Below the pieces are notes generated by a model. The model did no database searches and had not been told where the DNA came from. It worked only from the letters and a program-made list of their open reading frames with translations. The translations under genes and the position numbers were made by a program. DNA of 64,000 nt, taken from positions 124,001-188,000 of the IMG/VR virus record IMGVR_UViG_3300034073_003340, one strand, 5' to 3'. Positions 48,814-58,753 of the stretch are shown here, one piece after another. The stretch's first letter is position 1; every line of letters begins with the position of its first letter.

Positions 48814-48982
48814 GACATAGGACACTAACGCGAAAAACGCGTCAAAAGAATTGCTGGCCAGCAACACAACTACAAGATTTGAGCAGCCCTTTGTTGAGCA
48901 TCCTGTTGTCGTTCGTTGTATTTAGCTTGAGAGGTTTTAACTCTCATTCAAAACCACCAAATCTAGACTAGTGTCCTATGTC
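48814..48982. repeat. 14-bp perfect inverted repeat enclosing 141 nt
   Basis: GACATAGGACACTA (48814-48827) / TAGTGTCCTATGTC (48969-48982). Confidence 0.85.
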
Positions 48983-49022
48983 TGATTTTCACCAATATAG
49001 CGAAGACCTTGGAGTAAAGTCA

Positions 49023-49400
49023 CTATTTGCCAGACTTGCTATCTTTGTTGACATATTCTTTGTCAAAAAGGGGCATAGGCATCTGGGGGGTCTTTTTGGT
49101 TTGAGCAGGCTTGACCACCTTAGAATTTGTGTCATCCATACTACTCTTGGTCTGAGAATACTCTGGATCAGATTCAACGGTCTCTGGAAACATAGCTTTG
49201 ATGGTGTCAAAGTTCTGCTTCTTTAACCTTTCCATCTTTTCTTCCTCAATCATCTCCAACATCCACTCAAGTTGAGAGATGATATCACGACTGGATCCCC
49301 ACATATGGGCCTTACTAAGCTTTTTGTGGATATCAGCGGTTTTATCTTGGAGTTCATCCTCAGATAAATCCTTGAAGGAAAGAAAAGGATGATCAATCAA
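49023..49400 (-). CDS. Hypothetical protein
   Basis: HPFL..DLSEDEL helical ORF. Confidence 0.6.
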   Translation of the reverse strand: MIDHPFLSFKDLSEDELQDKTADIHKKLSKAHMWGSSRDIISQLEWMLEMIEEEKMERLKKQNFDTIKAMFPETVESDPEYSQTKSSMDDTNSKVVKPAQTKKTPQMPMPLFDKEYVNKDSKSGK

Positions 49401-49819
49401 AGGTCACCGGCCTTTCGATTTTCACTCTTAGCAATCTCAAACTTGCCACCCGGAAAGCGACTTTCAAGCTTGCGAATGTTCTCCTCGAGAACATCATATG
49501 GGTTGAGATTCAGAGCCATACATGCGTTGGCCCAATACCAAGTTACGTCACCCAGTTCGCGCTTCATATGAAACTGATTTGCTTCATCATATGGCTTGCC
49601 CTGGAACAGGATTTTCTTGACGATTTCCATGAACTCCCCGCCTTCAGCCGAGAGCCCACAGGCTGCGGTCAGCAAGCGCTCTACATTACAACCCTGATCG
49701 TATAGTTCACTCATACGCGCCAGAAAAGCATCCTTGTCTTTGCTAGGACCGCTCGTGACCCCATCAACAAACCGAGAGTATTCGTGAAGGAATGATTCGT
49801 TATTCATATATTTCTCCAA
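49397..49819 (-). CDS. MazG-like NTP pyrophosphohydrolase
   Basis: GLSAEGGEF.EIVKK..FQG...RELGDV.WY...N..KL..R. Confidence 0.88.
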   Translation of the reverse strand: MEKYMNNESFLHEYSRFVDGVTSGPSKDKDAFLARMSELYDQGCNVERLLTAACGLSAEGGEFMEIVKKILFQGKPYDEANQFHMKRELGDVTWYWANACMALNLNPYDVLEENIRKLESRFPGGKFEIAKSENRKAGDL

Positions 49820-49879
49820 CTATGATTTGAACTACCATAACAAAAAGGTGGCAGAGAAATCATTAATTGGATAGTCTAG

Positions 49880-50536
49880 TCAGACAGGCCAGAAAAGCGC
49901 ACGACCAATTGTGACGTTCCTTAATCGTCCAGTCCATCTACGATTCAAAATCCCTGGAGTTGTGATACTGGGATCTGAATATGACCAGTCGGCCCCAAAG
50001 GAAAGGCCATTGGCTGAATTAAAGGGCTCTAAACATAGAACGTCGTTTGACTGAACTCCATTGGTGAAGGTTCTACATCTGAAGTCAGATCCACTCGTAT
50101 AAAACATCCAACCAAGGCGATACCAGCGATCAACCTGTAACGAGGGGACCATATCGAGTGTAAACTGGTTACCATTGTTACTGGCAGAGCTAACGAGGAC
50201 AATCTTGCCACCGCTTTGATAAAGTGACCATTCTCCCCAGCCGCCACCAAAGGCTTCTCCGTTTGTGGCAATATATTTTCCGTCCAGGGTATTACTACAC
50301 ATACATTCAAGCTCAACACTATATGGAGCGGTAACTTTCCAGTTATTGCTATTCTCGGAAAATCTGATAGCTTGTGTCCCGTTGAAGTTCATATAGTCAG
50401 ATACAGTGGTTGGCCCAAAGGCATTGTTTAAAGATGCCTGTCCTCCAGAAACCAAATTGGTCCTAGAGTTAGTCATGCGCAGGATTTGGTTTGTCCGCGT
50501 AGTCGTGGTATCGTATGGATGATAACTTAAAAGCAT
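49880..50536 (-). CDS. Concanavalin/LamG-like virion protein
   Basis: FNG..I...YSVE...WY.L...NG...G..RNV pattern; TAATG overlap. Confidence 0.55.
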   Translation of the reverse strand: MLLSYHPYDTTTTRTNQILRMTNSRTNLVSGGQASLNNAFGPTTVSDYMNFNGTQAIRFSENSNNWKVTAPYSVELECMCSNTLDGKYIATNGEAFGGGWGEWSLYQSGGKIVLVSSASNNGNQFTLDMVPSLQVDRWYRLGWMFYTSGSDFRCRTFTNGVQSNDVLCLEPFNSANGLSFGADWSYSDPSITTPGILNRRWTGRLRNVTIGRALFWPV

Positions 50537-51159
50537 TATGGTGTCTCTACAGTTGGATTGCCTACCTTTATGTAAGCACACTTGGGTTCAGCAATTTGTC
50601 CCCTTTCAGAAATGACTGTATAGGAAAATGCGTCAAACCCTTGAAAATCAGGATCAGGGCAATAGGCTAAGTTTAGGCCGTCGTCGGTAACTCTTACAAA
50701 GCCGTTGAGTGGCTCAGACAAAACGATAGGGGTACAGAAATATGAAACAAACAAATCACCTGGTCGGGTGGCTCTTGTTCTAGCCCCTTGCTCGTTCCTT
50801 ATTGGTATAATATTTTCCGGTGGGAGAAATGGACCAGTGGCTTCTCTTTCGATCACAATCTTGATATTTCCAGACTGTGGCCTCGCAAATACAATTCTAT
50901 CACCGATAATTTCGTAGTCTTCGTGGGTTTCACCAAAGTCATAGGAAGCATTTACTAAACGTAACCCATTTACATATATTTCCACCCACTCCTTTATGAT
51001 GTAAGGAGTCAAAAAGAAGATCTCAGTTACTGGTGTAGGGAAATCATCTTCCTGTATGACAGCACCGCGTCTGATATTCTCTAGATTTAGATTAACATTC
51101 AGATTTACGGTTTCAACGAAAGGCTGAACGAATCTAGCATTTAACAATTCATAATCCAT
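50536..51159 (-). CDS. Virion protein with Ig-like C-terminal domain
   Basis: IYVNG domain plus P.NG.V...Y.P..DF.G.D.FSYTV. Confidence 0.6.
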   Translation of the reverse strand: MDYELLNARFVQPFVETVNLNVNLNLENIRRGAVIQEDDFPTPVTEIFFLTPYIIKEWVEIYVNGLRLVNASYDFGETHEDYEIIGDRIVFARPQSGNIKIVIEREATGPFLPPENIIPIRNEQGARTRATRPGDLFVSYFCTPIVLSEPLNGFVRVTDDGLNLAYCPDPDFQGFDAFSYTVISERGQIAEPKCAYIKVGNPTVETP

Positions 51160-54100
51160 TATCCGCCTCCAAGTAGCCATTTAGTGCTGAAAATAGAACT
51201 CGGAATAATTGGACACACTAGCCCAGTCTCTCTTCTAATTATGTAACTAAACTTACCTTCCGGCTGTTGATATGGCTCAATCACCAATCCTGGGCGAGAT
51301 CCAGCCTGCAAGGCATCTTCTAGAGTATCAAATGCGCCAAGTGGTTGTAAATTTCTAACCAAGCGAGCTGGAACAAAATTTCCAACTGGCGCCATAGTGG
51401 AATAATCCATGGCAGATTGTCTTATGGCTGAGGTGCTATAGAGAATGGTTCTAAAGCTGGGGACAAAACCCACGTTCAAGGTCACCATCAAAAGCTTAGA
51501 ATCACTGTTAGCAAATACTGTTGTTCGACTTACTCCTCGATGAGGAGTCTCCAGATATTTTGTTCCCAACAGTGTTATCGGATTTGAATTCTCTAGAGCA
51601 TTGCGACTCCAGGTCATATCAACCAAATCCATACTAGACGCAAATTGCTTTTCCCAAAAAGGTTGACCGGTGATCATTACATCGGGCGAACCATATGAGA
51701 AGAAAGGAACAAAATTTCTCAGATCGTTTTCAATCAGATGGAAGAATTCCTTATCAACAACTCTTATTTCAACTGAGTAACCATATGCTGGTTCAAAAGA
51801 TTCAGAATTATCAAATATTCTAAAGGTGTCTGAACGATGTGAAATCCAAGGAACCACTTCAGATGTAGGGAAAGAGTTATTATCATACATCTCTGGCAGA
51901 GAGGAATCAGTCACCTGATTTACAAAGGACTCCTGCCACAGACCTTCCGAAGAAGGTGTTGGTAATTGAAGATAGCTTCGTTGCCAATCTCCAAATAAAC
52001 GAGGAGCCTCCAGTTCAGAGCTATCGGCATATCTAGAACCAATCAATAAATCAGATTCTTGTCCTTGGCCTCTGGTAAAGAAAGTAGCCGGGGCTACATC
52101 AGTTCCCACATAGTCATATTGGTAACTGTCTGGCCCAACAGATTCAAGTTCCTGGAAAGATAGGGTTTCATGTTCCATCCACATGGTGTTAAGAAGATAC
52201 GTTTCTTGTGCCGCATCAAAATTGATACCAAGTGGTGGATCAACATTAACCAACCCAAATTCGTATTCTTCGCCATCATCTAAGAGAACTTTGGCAAAAC
52301 GATTTTCCCATAGATTTCTAACGGTATAGGTAGCTGTAACGACGTCGCCGTTCTTCACCAAAGGCCTAGCAGTCAGTGGACCACCATTTACGGTGAATTC
52401 TAACCCATCGCCAAAGATCTCAACAGAGTATCCATCACTCAGACCCGAAATAGTGGCTTGACCGTCGGCTTGGAACGGGAAGTCAGGAATACCAAGACGC
52501 ACAAATCCAAAACTCACATTGTCAGGAGCACCGTCAACCTGAGTTATACCTACCACTCGATAATTTACGCTAGGCCCCAGAAGGATAGTAGATCTTTCGT
52601 CAAACCACCAAGAACTCATTCTGTTGTGAGTTATTTCAACCGTATCTCCTGCGGTCAAAGTCGTGGGGAAGTTAAGCTGACTACCGTTCTTGGATACCGA
52701 GGCATAGGTATAGTTGGGAAAGTCGTAAATTCCAGTTTCTTCAACCACGATTGTACTCTTGGTATCAGTGGCTAGATAGTTCTGGAAACGTTGGATATCA
52801 GAATTTCTTGTGGCGGCGGTGTTGATAGTGAGAGCAAATTGTGAATCAGCAATACTCAACATACTATAATAGGAGGTTGCTCCAGGAGGGACATTGATGG
52901 TAACTCTGATGATGTCACCAGCGTTCACTGGCGTTGTTCCATTGTAGGTAGCACCATTTAGACGAACCGTTCCATGACTTACTGCGAATGGTGCGCTGAC
53001 TACTCTAGGAGGAACCGTTACATCAAACACTACCTGGCTGTTAAGAAGCTGGTTTACTATATTTGCCTGAGTGCTAAAAGACGCATTCACATCAGCATTG
53101 ACTCTGAAGTCGTAGGCATAATTTCCCAGGACCAATGCTACTCGCTTTCGTCCTTCTTGGCTCCTAGTAAACAGAGATATTCTGTTTGAGTTATTGAACG
53201 TTGATACGTTTTTGACACCATTAACCAAAAGTGTAGTTCCTGGTGATGCCACACATCGTAAATCACTACCTTGTGTAGTGGCCACAAACTCACCAGTACC
53301 AACATCAACGTTTACTGGTGCTCTCCAAGTTGGAAAGTCCACACCAGAAATCGGTGGGTTAGCAGGGACAGTCATAGTGAACTCTCGCAGGTGGTGATTT
53401 GTGTAGAGAACGTTTTGATTTGTCTGTGCGAATGTGGCTTTTTGTGAAAAGGTTCTAGTTAAGGTTGGTGTAGGAGTACCAACGAGATTCGTGAATACTT
53501 CAACGGATGGACTATCAGCATAGGTGACAGCCACTGAAAGGTCTCGATATTCCGTTATAGCCCAAGGAAGCTTTGATCCAACACTAACGTCTCGAAGAAA
53601 AGTACCATTACTGGAGAACACTTTGAGAATGTATTCTTCAGTTACAGGAAATACGAACTCATTCTTAAAGGTCGTAGGAGCGCCAATGGTGGTTCCTTGA
53701 TAGGCGGTCTCAAGTGTCGTCCCATTAAGTCTGTAAATTCTTCCAGATGATCCACAGAACATAGCAGTGGTCCCAAGGGCTACTCCGTATAGAATAGTAT
53801 CGTTGGGAACCGTGATAGTGCTAGCGATAGTGAACATATCACTCAGAACGCTAACAAAGTTCACTCCGCCTACATAGAGATTGATGCCGTCACTGAAAAT
53901 ACTCTTAGCATTTGGGATAGGTGTGACTGTTTTAGAGATGGCACCTGTGTGTAGAATTCTATGAATATGACCATCTACTAGTAGAACGTACATCTCCCAA
54001 TTCAATGTGGCACTGTTGTATAGTTTGGTGATACCTTGCGGAACGTTGTCTAGCTGGACAATTCGTCTAGGTAGATTTTCACCTGGCTCATAGTAAACTG

Positions 54101-54551
54101 CCGTATTATTAGTTGGATTCAACAATACCGCGGTATCCACTACCCTAGTGGTATTTTGAATAAAAGCGGTTAGCAGTCCTCTTTCAAAGTTTTCTGTTGG
54201 TTCCCATCTTCTGACCAAGAAACCATTTGAAGTGGTAAAGTCAAACCAAGCTTTACCTCTGAACTCTCTTACTAATTTAGGGGTGTTGGTGGCTTCTCTA
54301 GTAACCACAGCAAAATAGCTCTGGACACCGTCAAAGGTCCAGGGAACAAATATATAGTTGTCAGGTCCAGGCGACAACACGTCTACCGCAATCACATCTC
54401 CTATTATAAGATTGATAGGACGAGTCGTTACGATTTGACCGTTTCTTCGAACGGTGTATTCTGAACCAATTCCAATTGAGCAAACTCTATCCGCGGTAAA
54501 CGAGGAAGTCACAATTGTATTGGGAGTCGCTGTAGAGATTGATCCAAACAT
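51159..54551 (-). CDS. Large virion structural protein
   Basis: 1130 aa; propeller-like region and repeated V..GD.V modules; late operon. Confidence 0.6.
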   Translation of the reverse strand: MFGSISTATPNTIVTSSFTADRVCSIGIGSEYTVRRNGQIVTTRPINLIIGDVIAVDVLSPGPDNYIFVPWTFDGVQSYFAVVTREATNTPKLVREFRGKAWFDFTTSNGFLVRRWEPTENFERGLLTAFIQNTTRVVDTAVLLNPTNNTAVYYEPGENLPRRIVQLDNVPQGITKLYNSATLNWEMYVLLVDGHIHRILHTGAISKTVTPIPNAKSIFSDGINLYVGGVNFVSVLSDMFTIASTITVPNDTILYGVALGTTAMFCGSSGRIYRLNGTTLETAYQGTTIGAPTTFKNEFVFPVTEEYILKVFSSNGTFLRDVSVGSKLPWAITEYRDLSVAVTYADSPSVEVFTNLVGTPTPTLTRTFSQKATFAQTNQNVLYTNHHLREFTMTVPANPPISGVDFPTWRAPVNVDVGTGEFVATTQGSDLRCVASPGTTLLVNGVKNVSTFNNSNRISLFTRSQEGRKRVALVLGNYAYDFRVNADVNASFSTQANIVNQLLNSQVVFDVTVPPRVVSAPFAVSHGTVRLNGATYNGTTPVNAGDIIRVTINVPPGATSYYSMLSIADSQFALTINTAATRNSDIQRFQNYLATDTKSTIVVEETGIYDFPNYTYASVSKNGSQLNFPTTLTAGDTVEITHNRMSSWWFDERSTILLGPSVNYRVVGITQVDGAPDNVSFGFVRLGIPDFPFQADGQATISGLSDGYSVEIFGDGLEFTVNGGPLTARPLVKNGDVVTATYTVRNLWENRFAKVLLDDGEEYEFGLVNVDPPLGINFDAAQETYLLNTMWMEHETLSFQELESVGPDSYQYDYVGTDVAPATFFTRGQGQESDLLIGSRYADSSELEAPRLFGDWQRSYLQLPTPSSEGLWQESFVNQVTDSSLPEMYDNNSFPTSEVVPWISHRSDTFRIFDNSESFEPAYGYSVEIRVVDKEFFHLIENDLRNFVPFFSYGSPDVMITGQPFWEKQFASSMDLVDMTWSRNALENSNPITLLGTKYLETPHRGVSRTTVFANSDSKLLMVTLNVGFVPSFRTILYSTSAIRQSAMDYSTMAPVGNFVPARLVRNLQPLGAFDTLEDALQAGSRPGLVIEPYQQPEGKFSYIIRRETGLVCPIIPSSIFSTKWLLGGG

Positions 54552-54571
54552 TTACGAATCCCACAAGAGGG

Positions 54572-54597
54572 GATTGGGGGAGATATCTCCCCCAATC
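54572..54597. repeat. Perfect 26-bp palindrome
   Basis: GATTGGGGGAGAT|ATCTCCCCCAATC. Confidence 0.85.
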
Positions 54598-54600
54598 TCT

Positions 54601-55698
54601 TTAGCTAATACCACCGCCCTGCTGTAGAACAAGGATACGCATACCGGTGTTGTTGACACCGTTAGCCTGCATTGCCTTGTAAGAGCGAGGAGTGCTTTCA
54701 CCGTAAACAGTCAGTGGAACATCCGAGAACTGAGAAACAACGTCAGCCGATGTGATACCAATCATATCCAGTTCATGTGGATAGCGATAACGAGAAGTGT
54801 TCAAGCGGGATGGGAAAGTAACGATATACTTTCCATCTTCCGACAGGGCTACCTGATTTTTGGAGTTCAGGATACTTTCAGAGTCCGAAGTTGAGCTATC
54901 ACCTTCACGGATCGCACCAGGACGCAGAATATCCTTTTCGCGAACCACAAACTGCCAGTAGAGACCTCCGATGCCATTGACACAGAATACAGGGGCCTTA
55001 CCATCAACTAGAACATCACCAGTGGTTCTATCAACTGGACGCTGAACTAGAACCCAGTTGAATGCGGCCGACGTTTCAGTCGTGATAGCGTCTTCCCAGA
55101 TACCTAGCCACATACCACGATCACAAATTACTAGGCGATACGACATAGGATAAGCGGCAGCACCATTTGCCCCTGGATTAGTTGAAGTTCCGTTAGGATT
55201 TCCAGTAATACGGATAGGACGATTGATGAGACCTTTGTCAGTTTCATCAGTCTGGCCCTGCTGGCTATAAACACCGGATGCGTTTAGATTTTGAGTGCTA
55301 TATGTGCCTTGTGGTGTCCTATCAGCAACAGTGGCTCCTACGTTACCTGAGAAGTTGAAATAAACAACTTCACTTCCCTGGATCGCACGATCTAACGTAA
55401 TAGTTCCGTCGTCCATTAGCTGAAGAGGAGTGGCAACACTCATCCAAGCAAGCTGTGGATTTACAACGTTGAACGCAACTCTCCAAGGCTGCTTTTCAGC
55501 AACTGCCGCGGCATTGAGAGGATCAACTGATTCACCGGCTTCTAAGATGACCTTGTAGCTATTGGTGATCGACGCTGCGCTGAACGGCTCAGCTGGAAAT
55601 TTTTGAACAAAACCATTGGCGATCATGTCAGTGATGACTGCCGCAATAAGATCAGGAGCCGTCAAATATCCGTGACGCTCTACAACAAAACCTGGCAT
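54601..55698 (-). CDS. Virion structural protein
   Basis: Own late promoter 55730-55737; 365 aa. Confidence 0.6.
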   Translation of the reverse strand: MPGFVVERHGYLTAPDLIAAVITDMIANGFVQKFPAEPFSAASITNSYKVILEAGESVDPLNAAAVAEKQPWRVAFNVVNPQLAWMSVATPLQLMDDGTITLDRAIQGSEVVYFNFSGNVGATVADRTPQGTYSTQNLNASGVYSQQGQTDETDKGLINRPIRITGNPNGTSTNPGANGAAAYPMSYRLVICDRGMWLGIWEDAITTETSAAFNWVLVQRPVDRTTGDVLVDGKAPVFCVNGIGGLYWQFVVREKDILRPGAIREGDSSTSDSESILNSKNQVALSEDGKYIVTFPSRLNTSRYRYPHELDMIGITSADVVSQFSDVPLTVYGESTPRSYKAMQANGVNNTGMRILVLQQGGGIS

Positions 55699-55762
55699 AA
55701 TTTTCTCCCTATAAGAATGGGCTTTTTGTTATTTAGTGGCGAGCGGATATCATTTTAACAGC

Positions 55763-56515
55763 TTATGGAACAACTGGATCCTCGGCAGAAGGGACCACTT
55801 CCAATGGAAGATAGGTTATTGTCAACGTAACCGGTCCTTCTGCGTCATCCACTGATTCAACGGTAAAGTAGATATCATCAGTTGGCGTTGGATCAAAGTT
55901 AGAGAAGATTGAAAAGTTCCTTGATCGGAATCTAGTTCCGTCCGACAATACCATTGAACCATCGTCTACTAGATGATCTTCAGTGGCTAGGAAGTCGTAA
56001 GGATTAGGTTCGTCTTTGGTTAAACTACCAAAAGCTGAAACTTTTACAGGCCTACTCACTTCCAGCCTCAGAACAATACAGCTTACCGCGAGTTGTAGAA
56101 CAAATTCAACGGATTCACTTACAGGAAGATTTTCAATATTGTGGATCACAACCTGGCGAGTGTTCAGTTGACCTCCGCCAGATACTTCTTCCCAAATGCC
56201 GTTTTTTCTACCATAGGTCTTACCATCAGAAGGAGCATCCTCCCTGATAGCACCAAGACTCAACTCCTCCCAAGTAACTGATTCAACAGCGTCTGGGTTT
56301 TCTCTGGAAGGTACAACAATTTCCGTAACTCGCCAAAGTTTGCTATCCTCGGTGGTAAGAACTAGCTGTCCCAACTTCAAATTGGATACAGCTATTTGAT
56401 CTCGAGTTTCAGTATTAGGGAGAGCCTGAAGCCCTCCCTTGATATATGTGTCTTCCAAAAGATAAAAGGTGCCACCACCAGCTGGGACCAGCTCAGAAGC
56501 AATCTGAAGTGCCAT
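55763..56515 (-). CDS. Virion fibre-associated protein
   Basis: IKGG...RD.I...G.LV and DAPSDGK.YGRKNG.W fibre motifs. Confidence 0.6.
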   Translation of the reverse strand: MALQIASELVPAGGGTFYLLEDTYIKGGLQALPNTETRDQIAVSNLKLGQLVLTTEDSKLWRVTEIVVPSRENPDAVESVTWEELSLGAIREDAPSDGKTYGRKNGIWEEVSGGGQLNTRQVVIHNIENLPVSESVEFVLQLAVSCIVLRLEVSRPVKVSAFGSLTKDEPNPYDFLATEDHLVDDGSMVLSDGTRFRSRNFSIFSNFDPTPTDDIYFTVESVDDAEGPVTLTITYLPLEVVPSAEDPVVP

Positions 56516-56525
56516 AAAAGTCTCC

Positions 56526-57920
56526 TTAAGGTGTTACTACCCATGTTTCAGTAAACGTCGTGGAAGCTGGTTTGTTGTCAGTTCGGTATATATAGAATGG
56601 CACTGCTGTCCCATTTATCGTCACATCTACTTGAAGAGGTCCACTAACCCCCCAGAAGCTACCAGTTCTACCGTTTGGGGCCAAGGCAGAGTCCCATCCT
56701 CCTGGTCCGGGTTGTCCATTACCTTTAATGTTAACTTGATTCATTAAACCATAGCTTACTGGATATGCGTACCAACCGTATTGATCTACTCCTTGGCTAA
56801 GGGTAAAGGTATTATTTCTACTTGCGCTGGTTCCTCGACCACTTAGTGATAATACGAATGCGCTCCAATCAGTTGATGTTGGAGATGGGTTGACATTGTT
56901 GGCTGTAGTTGGATGAGATGCTACCCCAAAGAATGGGAAAATCTGAGGAGCCACGACCGTGACGTTCCTGGTGGCATTTAGAGTAATTCCACGTTCAGTG
57001 AAGGTAGCCCTCACGACTCCACTAGTATTGGTTGATACAACTGGTGCGGTCAGCACGTTGTTATTCAGAGTTCCAATGCTACCGCTAGCAATAGACCAAG
57101 TAGCCTCATTGGTTACCACACGGGTAGATCCATCAGTATAGGTAACCGTGGCCGCATAAGTGCCAGTTCCCGCGCTATTAATGCTGGTAGGACCACTTAC
57201 CGACAAGCTCTGAATCTGTAGAGTTCTGATCAGAAGATTCGTCTGAGCCGTATAGTTTCGGTTTCCGCTATCAACATAATTGGCGGTAACCGTAATAGGA
57301 GTATCTACCAAAACATCGGCGGCCGTAAAAACACCCTGGAGTGTAATAGTTCCTGCGCCTGGGACTGATAAAATATATTCAGTTGGGATGACAACTGCTG
57401 CCGTGCTGGTCAACTGATCGATCAACTCAACTGGAAGATTAACTGTTTTGGTACCAAATACTTGTGTGGGAGTTGGTTCAACAAACTGGAAAGTCTTGAA
57501 ATTCAACATGTCATCAAGAATTTCCTGAATCATTTCACGAATCAGATCATAATCAACAACCCCAGCGGGTCCTTCAGGACCTTGTGGTCCTTGAGGGCCA
57601 ATGGGGCCGCGTGGTCCAGGCTCGCCGGGATCACCTTTGTCGCCTTTAGGACCTTTGGCAATTGTCGCACTATCGGTGAATTCTTGGATTCTCTGAATCG
57701 TAGCATCCACAATAGGAGTAGTTACTCCGGTAAAGATCTTACCATCACCATTGCGAATAACAATTTCGTTTATAGTTGCCGCGCCTTGTTGCGAACTAAC
57801 ATTTTGAGCTCTGATTCGCTCAGCGTTTTCAGCATCGCGATTTGAAGGATCAAGATTAGGAGACTGGCCTAGTGTTGGAAGATAGGTTCCAGGATTTCCT
57901 GGCGTCGGGGTATCAGACAT
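56526..57920 (-). CDS. Collagen plus Ig-like fibre protein
   Basis: [14 protein letters not shown]; ATVTYTDGS..VT..ATWS Ig-like domain; late promoter 57948-57955. Confidence 0.75.
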   Translation of the reverse strand: MSDTPTPGNPGTYLPTLGQSPNLDPSNRDAENAERIRAQNVSSQQGAATINEIVIRNGDGKIFTGVTTPIVDATIQRIQEFTDSATIAKGPKGDKGDPGEPGPRGPIGPQGPQGPEGPAGVVDYDLIREMIQEILDDMLNFKTFQFVEPTPTQVFGTKTVNLPVELIDQLTSTAAVVIPTEYILSVPGAGTITLQGVFTAADVLVDTPITVTANYVDSGNRNYTAQTNLLIRTLQIQSLSVSGPTSINSAGTGTYAATVTYTDGSTRVVTNEATWSIASGSIGTLNNNVLTAPVVSTNTSGVVRATFTERGITLNATRNVTVVAPQIFPFFGVASHPTTANNVNPSPTSTDWSAFVLSLSGRGTSASRNNTFTLSQGVDQYGWYAYPVSYGLMNQVNIKGNGQPGPGGWDSALAPNGRTGSFWGVSGPLQVDVTINGTAVPFYIYRTDNKPASTTFTETWVVTP

Positions 57921-57961
57921 CTCGATCTCCTTAGAGAGGATTTCTGATATTTAGCTAGACT

Positions 57962-58225
57962 TTACTTCTTGGTGGTTGGTGCCACGAACGCTGGGTTAGT
58001 AACTCTATGAAGGGCGCCGCAGCTAGCACAGTAAAAGTCTACTGATCTGAATATCATGTTTTTGGATTCAAAAACAGTCTTGGTATTACATTTGTGACAA
58101 GTGAAATTCCAAGGCCCAAGATGCATCTGCTGATTGACATCTGTTACCATTGCTACCGCGGGACGTAATGCTAAATCTCCGCGTGATGATTGAACAGCGT
58201 TTGGAAAATGGATAATCTCACCCAT
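57962..58225 (-). CDS. Zinc-ribbon protein
   Basis: CHKC...CASC; late promoter 58264-58271. Confidence 0.65.
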   Translation of the reverse strand: MGEIIHFPNAVQSSRGDLALRPAVAMVTDVNQQMHLGPWNFTCHKCNTKTVFESKNMIFRSVDFYCASCGALHRVTNPAFVAPTTKK

Positions 58226-58359
58226 AGCTTACTCACTTATTACTCCAGTAGGCTGCTCGCAAATATTTAGTGGCTATTTCCGGATTGTGAACCACGTACT
58301 TTGCTCCTTTCTTTCTGTGATAACTTGACATCAAAAGAATTCACTCGTATTAGAAACGG

Positions 58360-58633
58360 ATCTTGTTGGTGGTCTGACCTATTATCGGATTGCCTAATCT
58401 AGCTCTGTGGACGAATATGAGGTTCTGGCTCTTTTGCCTCCAAGAAGATTCCTACTTGCCGGAAATGACAGGATTTAATAGCGTTGCCGGGGTAGAGGAC
58501 ATTAAACGCGTCTACAGAAAAGCAAGGTTGCTGACTAGAGCCAGGACTTATTCCGCTAGTCATAAGCCAACCCCATAGGTCTTAGTCATTGGGGGACCGG
58601 TCAAATAGGGCCCTGTCCCCTTTACTCTACCCC
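58360..58633 (+). ncRNA. Candidate structured ncRNA with own sigma70 promoter
   Basis: TTGACA-17-TATTAG at 58325-58353; nested helices; 3' hairpin plus T-run. Confidence 0.45.
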
Positions 58634-58753
58634 ACTTTGGTCATCCTAGGGTAAATATGCCTGGTGCAGAGCAAGAATTCTGTCCTACAACCATTAAAGA
58701 TATTGTATCTGAGCTCGAATTTTTAGTAGAGTTGGGTAAGAGAGGATATACCC

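Noticed and set aside
48900-48950. preQ1 riboswitch upstream of QueD-like gene
   Set aside because: Hairpin loop and A-rich tail do not match the preQ1-I consensus.
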